Origin: Chiloscyllium plagiosum
Lineage: Eukaryota
DNA length: 64,000 bases
Assembly (NCBI RefSeq): GCF_004010195.1
Contig: NC_057749.1
Span: forward strand, 17,284,466 to 17,348,465
Direction: 5' to 3'
Both the position numbers and the translations under genes were made by a program. The notes beneath the pieces are model-generated. The model was given only the letters and a program-made list of their open reading frames with translations, was not told the DNA's origin and did no database searches. Below, in pieces: positions 26,478-39,352 of this stretch (positions are counted from its first letter, which is position 1; every line of letters starts with the position of its first letter).

Positions 26478-26567
26478 GTTAAAGAAGATGCACTGTTTGA
26501 AGCACTGACCACCAGGAAGACTGTGACAGTTGGAGAGAGACTTATTCTGCCCTATAGACTATCTGAG
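26478..26567 (+). CDS. MYO9A: Myosin IXA exon, VKEDALFEALTTRKTVTVGERLILPYRLSE
   Basis: ctttaattag acceptor and gtaaat donor; 90 nt, phase 0/0. Confidence 0.95.
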
Positions 26568-27039
26568 GTAAATAGAAAGTAATGCATTTACTGCATGTAA
26601 CATGTTGTCTATCCCACATTAGGAGCTTTAGTCCAAATAGCATGTTGGTGTAGGACAAATCCAAAGTAGTCTTTATTTTGGATATAAACTCATTCAGAGT
26701 GCACTGTTATGGGTATTTATCCCCTGACTGTACTGAACTCTTGTGTGTCTCTTAAGTTTTTTATAAAACACATCTTCACTTGCTTTGTTTCCCCTTTGGG
26801 GAATAGGTGGAAGGACTCTTGGACTGATTTATCAGCCGTCATGAATGTTGGCTGCAGATGGAACAATCATGGTGTCCCAGACGTAGGGATGTTACTTTTG
26901 TGTCAGCATTGAAAATTCAGATCGAAGTGAACTGGATGGGTTTTTAAGACAGTCAGTGATAGTTTCCACTCAGTCTAGTTTTCAATTCCAGGTACTTTAC
27001 TTTGAATTTAAATTCCATCTATTGTTGTGATGAGTTCTG

Positions 27040-27740
27040 AAGGAGAAAGTGAGGACTGCAGATGCTGGAGATCAGAGTTAAAAGTGTGCTGCTGGAAAAG
27101 CACAGCAGGGCAGGCAGCATCCGAGGAGCAGGAGACTCAATGTTCTGGGCATAAGCCCTTCAACAGGAACAAGGCTTGTGGGTTGGCGCTCAGAGATAAA
27201 TGGGAGGGGGTGGCGTTTAGGCAAATGGAGTGGGGTCACAGTTTGGCAGTGGAAGAGGCCCAGGACCTGCACAACCTTGACAGAGTGGGAGGGGGAGGTG
27301 AAATATTCAGCCACCGGGTGGTGGGTTTGGTGGGTGTGGGTGTCCCGAGATGTTCTCTGAAATGATTCACAAGAAGGTGTCCTGTCTTCCTGATGCAGAG
27401 GAGACCACACCGGGTGCAACGGATGCAGTAGATGACATTGGTACAGGTGCAGGTAAATTTCTGACAGATGTGAAAGGATCCCTTGGGGCCTTGGATGGAG
27501 GTGAGGGGAGTGATGTGGGTGCAGGTTTTGCACTTCCTGCGTGGCAGGGTAAGGTGCCAGGAGTGGGGTGTGGCTGGTGTGGGGGTTTGGACCTGACGAG
27601 AGAGTCGCGGAGGGAATGGTTGTAATGGTTTGGCAGTGGAGAAGGCCCAGGACCTGCATGTCCTTGACAGAATGGGATGGGAAGTTGAAGTGTTCAGCCA
27701 CGGGGCGGTGGGGTTGGTAGGTGCGGGTGTCCCAGAGATG
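27040..27740 (-). mobile_element. Penelope-like element fragment (GIY-YIG plus pLTR) with internal duplication; resumes at 29581
   Basis: ORF 27236..27811 CTCTNVIYCIRCTRCGLL; the pLTR is the same sequence as the fold-back elements. Confidence 0.82.
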
Positions 27741-29575
27741 CCATAGACTTGTAGAGGTGTACAGCATGGAAACAGACCCTTCAATCCAACTCGTCCATGC
27801 TGACCAGACATCCCAACCCATTCTAGTCCTACCTGCCAGCACCTGGCCCATATCCCTCTAAACCCTTCCTATTCATCTACCCATCCGGATGCCTTTTAAA
27901 TGTTGCAATTATACCAGCCTCCACCACTTCCTCTGGCAGCTCATTCCATAATGCACCACCCTCTGCGTGAAAACGTTGCCTCTTGGGTCTCTTTTATACC
28001 CTTTTATCTTTCATCTCTCAGCCTAAACCTATGCCCTCTAGTTCTGGACTCCCCCACCCCAGGGAAAAGACCACATGTATTTATCCTATCCATGCCCCTC
28101 ATGATTTTATAAACCTTAATAAGGTCACCACCTCAGCCTCCAACCCTCCAGGGAAAACAGACCTAGCCTATTCAACCTCTCCCTGTAGCTCAAATCCTCT
28201 AACCCTGGCAACATCCTTGTAAATCTTTTCTGAACCCTTTCAAGTTTCACAACATCTTTCCAATAAGAAGGAGACCAGAATTGCATACAGTATTCCAACA
28301 GTGGCCTAACCAATGTCCTGTATAGCCGTAACATGACCTCCCAACTCCTGTACTCAATACTCTGACCAATAAAGGAAAGCATACCAAACGCTGCCTTCAT
28401 GATCATATCTACCTGCGACTCCACTTTCAAGGAGCTATGAACCTGCACTCCAAGGTCTCTTTGTTCAGCAACACTCCCTAGGACCTTACCATTAAGTGTA
28501 TAAGCCCTGCTAAGATTTGCTTTCCCAAAGTGCAGCACCTCGCCTTTATCCAAATTAAACTCCATCTGCCACTCCTTAGCCCATTGGCCCATCTGGTCCA
28601 GATCCTGTTGTAATCTGAGGTAACCTTCTTCACTGTCCACTACACCCCTAAGTTTGGTGTCCTCTGCAAATTTACTAACTATACCTGTTATGCTCACATC
28701 CAAATCATTTATATAAATGATGCAAAGTAGTGGACCCAGCCCCAATCCTTATGGCACTCCACTGGTCACAGGTCTCCAGTCTGAAAAACAACCCTCGACT
28801 ACTACCCTCTCGTTTCTATCTTTTAAGCCAGTTCTGTATCCAAATGGCGAGTTCTCCCTGTATTCCATGAGATCGAACCTTGCTAACCAGTCTGCCATGG
28901 GGAACCTTGTCGAACGCCTTATAGATCACATCTACTCTGCCCTGATCAATCCTCTTTGTTACTACTTCAAAAAACTCAATCAAGTTTGTGAGGCATGATT
29001 TCCCATGCACACAGCGATGTTGACTATCCCTAATCAGTCCTTGCCTTTCCAAATACATATACATCCTGTCCCTCAGGATTCCCTCCAACAACTTGCCCAC
29101 GACCGAGGTCAGGCTCACCGGTTGATAGTTCCCTGACTTGTCCTTACCACCTTTCTTAAATAGTCAGACCACATTAGCCAACCTCCAGTCTTCAGGCACC
29201 TCACCTGTGACTTTCAATGATACAAATATCTCAGCAAGAGGGCCAACAATCACTTCCGTAGCTTCCCACAGAGTTCTAGGGTACACCTGATCAGGTCCTG
29301 GGGGTTTATCCACTTTTATACATTTCAAGACATTTAGCACTTCCTCCTCTGTAATATGGGCATTTTTCAAGATGTCACCATGTATTTCCCTACATTCTAT
29401 ATCTTCCAAGTCCTTTTCCAAAGTGTAAACAGACGCAAAATACTCGTTTAGTATCTCTCCCATCTCCTGCGGCTCCACACAAAGGCTGCCTTGCTGATCT
29501 TTGAGGGGCCCTATTCTCTTCCTAGTTACCCTTTTGCCCTTTATGTATTTGTAAAATCCCTTGGATTCTCCTTAA
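27741..29575 (-). mobile_element. CR1 LINE, 5'-truncated (about 1.8 kb, RT domain plus 3' end), inserted in the Penelope fragment
   Basis: ORFs 29164..29478 (PGPD, EVPEDWRLANV), 28816..29118 (KSCLTNL, KAFDKVPH) and 28125..28745 (SKFAEDTK); agatg repeated at 27736-27740 and 29576-29580. Confidence 0.92.
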
Positions 29576-29604
29576 AGATGTTCTCTGAAACGATTTGCAA
29601 TAAG

Positions 29605-30595
29605 ACCACACCGGTAGTTCCTCTGTGCTGCAGTGTGTGGTGGCCAGTTGAAATAGTGTTCTAACGCAGCTTCGTTTGTGGGTGTTGCGATGATCGCTTC
29701 TGAAGTTCAATATTTGATCCATATTTGTTTTCCTGTCAATGCTAGTTTGAAGTTCCCCATTGACTGTTCGCTCTACTGCGACATTTAGGAATGGCAGTTT
29801 GTTGTTGTTTTCCTCTTTAGTGAATTAGGAACTACGAAGAGTAGAGGAAAATCACTTCTACAGTGGATTCAAAAAGAATGGGTACCCAATGAACACTGTC
29901 CATCAATTTCTAAGCAACAAACCCCAACAAACAGACAAAACACATCCAAAAAACCTAGCCACTCTTCCTACATCAAAGCCATCTTGGAAATGACCGCAAC
30001 CCCTTGGCATCATGGTAACCCACCAACACACTAAAACAGCAGCTAATGAACTTGACAGACAACAAGTAAAACTAATGTCATTTACAAATACCTTGCAAGA
30101 ACTGTAACAAACACTACATTGAACAAACAGGCAGAAAACTAGCCACCAGGATACATGAACATCAACTAGCCACAAAAAGACATGACCCGCACTCACTGGT
30201 ATCCTTACAGTTGAGAAAGGACATCACTTCGAGTGGGACAACACATCCATCCTCAGACAACCAGAGACACGCACGAGAATTCCTAGAAGCATGGCATTCC
30301 AACTGGAACGCTATCAACAAGAACATTGACTTGGATCCCATTTACCACCCCCTGAGAAAAAGAACAGGAAACGACATCACCATAAGAAAATACATCACCA
30401 CAGGAAATGACACCAACCCAAGGAAACCCAAACACATAAATAGAAAGCGGGCTCCACCACCAGTGCTTCACCCGCAGGCTGACTGAAGATGCTACCTAGT
30501 ATGGTGATGAAATGTCTGAAAATAAACCTTCCAACTCAGCGAGCACACTTACATCCAGAACCTCAACCTGAGCTACAAACCTCCTCAAAACTCAA
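29605..30595 (+). mobile_element. Poseidon-type Penelope remnant with inverted RT piece and pLTR
   Basis: HAREFLEAWHSNWNAINKNIDLDPIY (30211..30486); homologous to 13843-14900; degenerate ctgaagatg...gaaatgtc core near 30483-30520. Confidence 0.8.
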
Positions 30596-30655
30596 TAGGT
30601 TTTCAATTTACATTCTATGTTGCCCATCGGTAATTGCTAATTTGTTCTATTTTAG

Positions 30656-30772
30656 GCAATAACTGTACGTGACTCCATGGCTAAGTCACTTTACGGTGCT
30701 CTATTTGACTGGATAGTATTCCGAATCAACCATGCACTCCTTAACAATCGTGACCTAGAAGAACACCAGAAG
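30656..30772 (+). CDS. MYO9A: Myosin IXA exon, [39 protein letters not shown]
   Basis: ttctattttag acceptor and gtgagt donor; 117 nt; myosin RDxxAKxLYxxLFDWIVxRIN motif. Confidence 0.96.
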
Positions 30773-31709
30773 GTGAGTCAGATCAAATAAATCTGATAGA
30801 CCGGTTTTCAACTAAAAGTTTGACCAGATCATCTCTGAAATTCATTTATGTAATGATAAAGCCATCATAAATTTTAACTGTTTTTCCATACTGCTTTCCT
30901 CCCTATACACAAGAATATTACCTTTAGTAAGTGTATGAATGGTTCAGGACAGTTTGCAACTTTTCCTTGCTTTGTCTTAGAACAAAGTTTTGTCTCTTTA
31001 TTTGGATATGATATGCTAAACAAAGAACACTGTCACAAAACCTTTCTCATACTGTATGGCTATATTAATAGGAAGCAGTAATAGAATACTGTGCCATATG
31101 AATTGAATCCTTCAACGCTGACTCAGAAAATTTGGATGATCTAATTTGGGTATCTCTCAACACACCCCAGTTTTCCTGGGTTGAGTTTAAATTAGTGTTT
31201 AGATGGATATTTGCCTTTTTTTTTTAAACTTCATTTCAAATTCCTCCTAAAGCCAACAGTTTGTGCTTAGGTACAATTAGATAAGATTATGAAAAGGTTT
31301 GATTGGGTCAACATAGAGAAAGCATTTCTTTTCATGTGGGAGACTGAAACCAGAGACCGTAAATCCAAGTGATTCATTACTAAATTCGATTGAAAATTTA
31401 TATGGAACATCTTTCCCCAGAGCATGATTAGAGTATGGGCCTTGTTACCATAGTGAATAATTAAGGTGACTTGCATTCATATATTTGATGCAGAGATACA
31501 TCGGAAAGCTATACAGACACAAGGATAAAAGATTAGTAGGGTATTCTGGAGGGCTAGAAAGAAGATTGTGAGGTGCATAAACACTGATATGGGCTTGTAT
31601 TTGACCTGTATATTCTATGCATTGATTCTCAGAAGCATGTTGGTAAGTTATGAGTAATTCTTCTTAATATATTAACTCAACGATTGAAATAAACTATTCA
31701 ACTATGCAG

Positions 31710-32345
31710 CTCACAGCAATGGTGAGAAATGGTTAAAAAAGCATCTGGAATCCTGGGCTTTATAGAGGCATCGAATACAAGAAAGCTATGCTAAACCCCA
31801 ATAAATTACTGCATTGGTCTGAAACAGAATCCTGCGCAGTTTTGGTTACTCACTTTTGGAGGGATGTGAAGGCATTGTAGAGTGGACAGAAAAGATTCAT
31901 GAGGAACCTTTTCATGGGTGAGAGACTTCAATTGTGTGCTTACATTTAGAGAAGTTGGATTTGTTCTTGCAAAAGAGAGGGTTGCAAGAACACTTGATTG
32001 TGCTCAAAATTGTGTGGGAGCTGACCACAGTGAACAGGAAATAACTGTTCCCAGAAGGTTCACAGACCAGAGGGCACAGATTGAAGTTTACAAAGCAACC
32101 AAAGGCACATTGGAAAAATGATTTTTACATAGTGAGTGGTTGAAACTGGGCATAGCCTGCCTGAAAGGGTAGTGAAGGCAGAATTAATCATGCTTTTCAA
32201 ATGGAAATTGGATAAGCACCTGAAGGTGAAACTATGCAGCACAATAGAGAAAGGATATGAAAATGGTAGAAGCTAAATTGCTGTTGTGGAGAACCAACAT
32301 AATTTTAACAGACTGAATGCCCTCCTCTGGTGCTGCAGTTATTCT
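31710..32345 (+). mobile_element. Highly degraded CR1 3' fragment
   Basis: Nucleotide similarity to other CR1 ends (agaccagagggcac, tttttacatagtgagtggt, cctgcctgaaagggtagtg). Confidence 0.6.
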
Positions 32346-32611
32346 GATTTTATTATGACGGAACCAAATCTTGGTTTCACAAATGCTAGCTTATAAGGTG
32401 GAATTCTCTAAATTTAAATATGCCAATTACAGTGTCTCATGATTTGATTGTGGTGAAGCTGGTAACTCAACCAGATATGACATGAGAATCATCTTAAATG
32501 TTTATTTTCACTTTATTTCATGTCATCCTTTTAGACACAGACCATCAAAAAGACACATAGGCTTTTGAGTGATCCGCATATTGATAGTAATAAATGCACT
32601 TGCTTTTGTAG

Positions 32612-32746
32612 ATTCTTTCCATTGGTGTACTTGATATTTTTGGCTTTGAGGACTATGAGAACAACAGCTTTGAACAGTTCTGTATCAACTTCGCTAATGA
32701 GCGGCTTCAGTACTACTTCAATCAGCACATTTTCAAAATGGAGCAG
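32612..32746 (+). CDS. MYO9A: Myosin IXA exon with switch II and relay helix, [45 protein letters not shown]
   Basis: cttttgtag acceptor and gtaaaa donor; 135 nt; conserved DIFGFE and [13 protein letters not shown] motifs. Confidence 0.97.
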
Positions 32747-33579
32747 GTAAAAACAAAATTTCTTGGACACATTGCAATTCAAAATATAACTTGGTGTAAT
32801 AGCATAAAAGGAACTTTCTTATCTCTCCTGTGCTGGATTTGAAATGGGATGTGGTTGATTCTGACACTGTTTCTGAATTGCCCAGATTTGACATACTTCA
32901 CATGGATGAAAAGAAATTTCTTTTTTTGTTTTACCTTTACAAAGGTCATGTTTTCCATTTTAGAGAGGGAGGGAACTTACCTTCAAGTTACTGGTTAAGT
33001 TAAATTTTGGCCAAGAAGAAACTTGTTTCTGAAATTTAAAACTCCATGCGCAGAGTTCAACTTTTAGTATTTTGTTTGGAGAAAGTTCCTGTCAGCTGTT
33101 TTTTCCTTTTTTAAAGATTTATATTTCCTGTTTGAAGAAAGTATGTTCTGGCAACAGCTTTGTACTCTTAATCCTTCTTACAACTGGAAATTTGCTTGTA
33201 ATTTAATTTATATTTTACAAACTGTGATCTTGGTCAAATTCTAATGCTGTTTGCATTGTTGAAGTTCAATTACAAATTGTTTTTAGCATTTGACGTACAC
33301 CGGTTTCTTTTAAAACATGGAGATTGCATTTGGGTTTTGGATTTTCTGGTGCATCATGAGCATCCATTTTGGTTGGAGCAATGGAGACTGGCTGTCAGTT
33401 GACCACTCAGTAGTTTTGTTGAACAAATAATAGAAACTTGTTTTGACAACACATAGTTTTAAAATATATTCATGAATGAACTGAGTTCTCAATTTTTTCA
33501 GGACCCTGTATGTGTGTTCCACTGCATTGTGTACATATATAAACCTCTTTTACACAGTGATAACTCATTTTTTATTGGA

Positions 33580-33893
33580 GAAAATCATAGGGTTAGATAG
33601 GGTGAACAGTGAGAACCGTTTTTCTCGGATGGTGATGGCTAGCAGGAGGGGACATAGTTTGAAGTTGATTAGTGATAGATATAGGACAGATGTCAGAGAG
33701 TAGTAAGGGCATAGAATGCCCTGCCTGCAACAGTAGTAGACTCGCCAACTTTAAGGGCATTTAAATGGTCATTGGATAAACATATGGATGAAAATGGAAT
33801 AGAGTAGGTTAAATAGGCTTCAGATTGCTTTCACAGCTCGGTGCAACATTGAGGGCCGAAGCGCGTGTACTCCACTGTAATGTTCTATGTTCT
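33580..33893 (+). mobile_element. CR1 3' end with (TTCTATG)-type tail
   Basis: GLDRV..RGHSLKL remnant; same subfamily as 38285-38610. Confidence 0.8.
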
Positions 33894-33901
33894 GTTGCAT
33901 G

Positions 33902-34613
33902 TGTTATGACATGGAGTAAACTCCCTTTGTTAATTTTAAATCATTAACACAAAGATTTATCCCGTTGCAGTAATCTGTGAAAATTCAAGGGGACAGGAAC
34001 TATTTAAAGTAAAAATTGACAACTTTATTTCTTAAAGTATAACAGAGAATAATTAACTAACAATTATTTACAACTCCTTCCTCTAACCTATCATTTACTC
34101 TCCCTCTATAATACTAGTCCGATACAACATCCCGATTAAGATTTACCAAAAATTCAAATTTCAAAACTAGACAGCAGTCGAATCTTTTTCTATTTTCCTC
34201 TGTAGATTTGCTCTCCAGGTTGGTGTTGATATTTTTCTCTGTGCAAACTCCTTCTCTAGACAGGTATCTCTGAGTTTTGACTAGCAGTCTACATCTGTTT
34301 GTCTTTTGCCAGTTCTCTCTCAACTGTTCAATTTTTCTCTGACTTACACCCCCAAAGCATTGGATTGTGTCATTGGCATTTAATATTGTCAATGTACTAA
34401 ATTCAAACTGGATTGGAGTTTTTTTTTGTTTTTGGGAATATAATTTAAACTGATTGGCCTAATTGAAATTTGTTTTTGTCTCCAGGCAACCAGCTACACT
34501 AGCTGCTGGACTACATGTTACATTGTATCTTATTCAGAACACTTGGTGCTGTCAGGTAGTTCTGCTAGCTTTTAACTCTCTTAAAGGTACAGTACACCCA
34601 CAGCTTCATAACA
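33902..34613. mobile_element. Solo LTR (712 bp), Gypsy- or ERV1-like
   Basis: Perfect terminal inverted repeat TGTTATGA...TCATAACA; 4-bp TSD CATG at 33898-33901 and 34614-34617; homologous copy at 43492-44232. Confidence 0.88.
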
Positions 34614-34954
34614 CATGCATGCGAGATTAAAATGAGTGTCAGATTTAGCAGTTTTATAAATAATTCACCTAACTTCCATTTTTGTTCTTGTCAAAAGCCA
34701 GTCAGTGTGCATTGGGTCCTCCGATGATTCACAATGATTGACATGCAAGTATTTAATTTTGCATAGTGAATATATTTCCCTGAGCTAAGCAATAGCTTCC
34801 TCAATTACTGAAGTTAAGTAATTTCCTGCTTAGCCTGTAGATTGGTAGCGTTGTCTCTGCACAGATCAAAAGAGGTTTACACTGACTGGTAGAGTTTGGA
34901 TACAAAGGGGCCCTGTCGTGAACCTGTTTGAGAAGAGCCACTCTCACTATGATA

Positions 34955-35146
34955 CAGTCAGTTCCGCTATAACGCATGTTTCTTCAACGCGAATTGGCTT
35001 TAACACAATTGAAAAATTTAGACCATTACTTGTAGAATGCGAACTGTATTCGCTATAATGCGATTCCCACCCCATTAGTTGCAAGATTTTCTTTTAATGC
35101 AAGATTGCACAAAAACAGAGCTATCGCGTTACATCAGAACTAATTG
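34955..35146. mobile_element. Tigger/pogo-like MITE, degraded
   Basis: ta-cagtcagttccgctataacgc ... gcgttacatcagaactaattg imperfect terminal inverted repeats. Confidence 0.65.
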
Positions 35147-35299
35147 AAATATTCAACAATTGGGGTTTGCCACAAGAAACCCAGAAGTGACTTCCTTTAT
35201 TTCTCATTCCTTAATGTCTGCTGGTAAGTCTTCCTGAAGAAAGTGAGATGCCATGATGCAAGTAAGCCAAACTGGTCATGGAGTGGTAATCAAAAATGT

Positions 35300-35750
35300 G
35301 GTTCTAAGTATGAAAACTTCAATTATGAGGATAGGTTGGAGAGGTCAGGACTATTTTGTATGGTAGGAAGAAGGCTGAGCGGACTCTGAGAAAAGCTTTC
35401 AAAATCATGACATAATTCGATAGAGTAGACAGGGATAAATTGTTCTTGGTCAAAAGGATCAAGAATGAGAGGGTGCAAATTTAAATTGACTGACAAAAGA
35501 AGCAAATGCAAGATGAGGAAAAACATTTTTACGCAAATGGTTCAGACATGGAATGCACTGCCAGGAAGTGTGGTGAAGGCAAGTTCAATTGAGGCATTCA
35601 AGCAAGTATTGGATTCTTGTTTTATTTGAATAAGTTGCAATAGTATGAGGAAAAGGAACGAGGATGGCACTAAGTGATACTCGTTTGGATTGCCACTGCA
35701 GACACAGTGGCCTAATGGCCTGCATCTGTGTCATAACACTTATGTGATTC
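35300..35750 (+). mobile_element. Degraded CR1 3' fragment
   Basis: YEDRLERSGLF, FKIM and WNALP remnants. Confidence 0.65.
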
Positions 35751-36889
35751 TGTGAAATGAGGTGCAGCATTGTTATTTTCAACCAGCTTGCTTGTTCTCA
35801 TAAGCCAGCATTGTGTGGACAAGTGATGTTTGCAACGACAGGAAAGCGAGTGTTGATTATTGACTGGAATGTTCCAGTGTATTGTTGCATTCAGTTGATG
35901 CCAACATGATGTATACATGATAACTATTGCCACATAGCTGTGCGGTACTGTGCTGTAGAACATGATTGGGCAAACACCAAGGTCTGGAATAATGTGACAA
36001 TAGCATTCCACATATATCCACCAAATCTGATCAGTAGACCGTTTATGGCTTTGGATTTTTGCTGCTGTTCTCTTCTGATTTTCCTGAAGGATGAAATTCT
36101 ATCTTGAAACACTCTCTAAATATGTTAAGTTGGGTCATGATTTAGTCCCTGGCCATCCATGGAGATACACAGTTCATTTTTGGAGATGTTATATACTGGA
36201 TATAGTATTAGTGGGATTCATTGTGAAAATGTTGACTGCAGGTAGCCATTTCAAGCTAAAATATGACAACTGGTACAGGGTTATTTTAGTCGCTTATTAG
36301 TGCTTGGATGTAAGCACACAAAATCTGATGAGTCACTGCCAAAACTTTCAACTAGAATTGGTTTCCTTCAATAACTCTTTTCTCTGTGTTCGCATATTAA
36401 AGAAGTGATTTCATTGTTGGACACTCTAATATGGTGCTACAAACTGTTACATGCAGAGAAGAATCTGACATTCTTGAGTTTCTTTTCCTAGTAGTTCTTT
36501 TTTTAAATCAAAATTTACAAAAACCCTTCTGTCTGTCTAAGTTACCCGATTCTGACCTGTAGCCTAGCCTTGCCCGCCAATCTGAATAAATTCATTCATT
36601 AGGAGATGCTGCCTGAGTTCCAGTCAGCGCTCACATAATTAGATTATCGAGCAGACATGCCCACAGCTTGCAAATTTGAAACTCTTGAACTAAAGCTAAT
36701 GTTTGACTGCTCCTGTAAGAGTCATTTGGCATTTCTTGTGCTGAATTAAAAATGTCTGTGATTTATTTTCCCTATCATTGTATTACACTGCCACATTAAG
36801 CAAAAAAATGGATAGCTTACTTAAGGGTTCAGTTTATAAAGCCAGATCAGATTTTGTGATCCTATACATGAAAAAGTTCTTGTAACAAT

Positions 36890-38225
36890 CTCCTTGTCCA
36901 CTGTTCCTGCCTGTTTCAGGAGGGCCAACATCATCCCTGTGCCTAAGAAGGCTCATGCAGCATGTCTCAATGAATACAGCCCGGTGGCCCTAACTTTGGT
37001 GGTCATGAAGTGCTTTGAAAGGCTGGACATGGCATTAATCAATTCCAGCCTCTCCACTACTCTTCACCCACTCCAATTTGCCTATCGGACCAACAGATCC
37101 AAGTCAGATGCCATATCACTTACCCTCCACTCCTCCCTTGAACATCTTGATACCAAGAACAGATATATAAGAATCCTACTTATTGACTACAGTTCAGCTT
37201 TCAACACTATTATCCCCTCAAGACTGATTACTAAATTTAGTGATCTTGGACTAAACTCCACTCTCTGCAACTGGATCCTCAGGTTCCTGACTCTCAGGCC
37301 ACAATCAGTGAAGACTGGGAACAATATTTCATCCTCACCAACACTCAACACTGGAGCCCCCAGGGGTATGTACTCAGCCCACACTGTATACTTATGAATG
37401 CGTCACCAAATACCAGACTAATGCCATTTACAAGTTCACTGATGACACCACCATAGTCGGTCAAATCTCACATGGCGATGAAACAGACTATAGATGGGAG
37501 GTGGAAGACTTGGAAAAATGGTGCACTGAGAACAACCTAGCTCACAATGCCAGCAAAACAAGGAACTCATTATTGAATTTTGGCGGTATGTTACTCATGC
37601 CCCCCTACACATCAACAACACAGAGGTGGAACAAGTGGAGTGTGTCAAGCTCCTGGGAGTGGTCATCCACAACAAGCTTTCTTGGACTCTTCATGTGGCT
37701 GCATTGGTTACAAAGGCTCAACAATATCTCCTCTTCCTCAGGCAGCTGAGGAAATTTGCTAACTCTTATAGGTGTGCCATTGAGAGCATTCTGTCTGGAT
37801 ATATCACTACCTGGTATGGCAACTGTACCATTCAAGATAGGAGATGGTTATAGAGAGTGGTGAACTCGGCCCAGACAATCACAAAGGCTGACCTTCCATC
37901 TATAGAATCCATCTACCAGGCCCACTGTCAAGAAAAGGTCACCAGCATTCTCAAAGATCCATCCCACCCTGGCAACGCCTTTCTGCAACCTCTACCATCG
38001 GGGAGAAGGTACAGAAGCCTGAACATGCACCAGCCGGTTTTGAAACAGTTTCTACCCGACTGTTGTTAGAATACTAAATGGACTCTCAAGCTCTTAGCAT
38101 TCGCCTGTACCTGTGTTTTTGTTTTTGCCGCTGTTTACCTATTATTTACTTAACTCTGTGGTCTGCCAATATTGCTTGCAAAACAAAGCTTTTCACTGTG
38201 TCTCGGTGCACGTGATAATATATAT
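36890..38225 (+). mobile_element. Rex1/Babar-clade LINE, 5'-truncated RT fragment
   Basis: ORF 36894..37397 IIPVPKK..LNEYSPVALT..MKCFERL, LQFAYR, DYSSAFNTI; KFTDDTT near 37431; AIESIL..ITTWYG; 3' cttttcactgt tail. Confidence 0.88.
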
Positions 38226-38284
38226 TCAATTCCATTCTCTGAGTTTATTAGCTATGAGTTTATTAGCTAACCCCTAATCATCTT

Positions 38285-38610
38285 GTACAAGATGATTCGG
38301 GGTTTAGATAGGGTTGACCATGAGAACCTTTTTCCACGTATGGAGTCAGCTATCACGAGGGGGCATAGCTTTAAATTAAGGGGTGGTAGGTATAGGACAG
38401 ATGTTAGGGGTAGGTTCTTTACTCAGCGAGTTGTGAGTTCATGGAATGCCCTGCCAGTAGCAGTGGTGGACTCTCCCTCTTTATGAGCATTTAAGCGGGC
38501 ATTGGATAGGCATATGGAGGGTAGTGGGCTAGTGTAGGTTAGGTGGGCTTGGATCGGCGCAACATCGAGGGCCAAAGGGCCTGTACTGCGCTGTATTCTT
38601 CTATGTTCTA
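38285..38610 (+). mobile_element. CR1 3' end
   Basis: ORF 38283..38486 YKMIRGLDRV..TRGHSFKL..FFTQRVVSSWNALP. Confidence 0.88.
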
Positions 38611-39137
38611 ACGTCAGCACACATCACCAGTATTCACCCCAGTAGTCATGCTAGCATTTAAATTATTGTCCATGGACTACAGAGGAGAAAAAAGGATTAA
38701 GGTTCACCATGTGAAAATTTGTGGGTATTCTCTGGGTAAAAGAGGGATCGCTTTGGTACCTTGACATGTGAATTGGTTGCTAAATGTCAACTTAATATCT
38801 ATGCATAAAGTATCAATTCTTGGTGACATACTAGAGGTTATCCATTTAATATTCACCCACAGGAGCAGAAGGTCAAGGCTTTTTTTTTATATTTCAGAAT
38901 TATACTTTATTCGTTAAAATTATCTTTATATATACACAGTCACGTGCAGTTCTGTTCAATAGTGTATCAAGGAAACAAATAAGCCTTGGAGTTTGACTGT
39001 ATCCAAGCAACCCTAAGACATCTCTTCCACATGTAAGACTATATTTACCTGCATTGAGACACTAGGAGATTCCGATAACTGAATGTACTCCCACTTCACT
39101 TCAGGAAGACCTCAGACAGTGGCCTTTCCCCACTGAG

Positions 39138-39352
39138 AGAAAGTGAGGACTGCAGATGCTGGAGATCAGAGCTGAAAATGTGTTGCTGGAAAAGCGCAGC
39201 AGGTCAGGCAGCATCCAAGAAGCAGGAGAATTGACGTTTCGGGCATGAGCATTTGGGCATCCCTGAAGAAGGGCTCATGCCCGAAACGTCGATTCTCCTG
39301 CTCTTTGGATGCTGCCTGACCTGCTGCGCTTTTCCAGCAATACATTTTCAGC
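39138..39352. mobile_element. Fold-back Penelope pLTR-derived element with intact HHR core at 39263-39290
   Basis: 15-bp TSD cctttccccactgag at 39123-39137 and 39353-39367; CTGAAGA-A-GGGC-TCAT-GCCC-GAAA-CG-TC. Confidence 0.88.

Noticed and set aside
27078..27851. Longest track ORF (257 aa) as a novel gene
   Set aside because: Chance read-through across a CR1 3' UTR and a Penelope fragment; no splice signals or coherent domain
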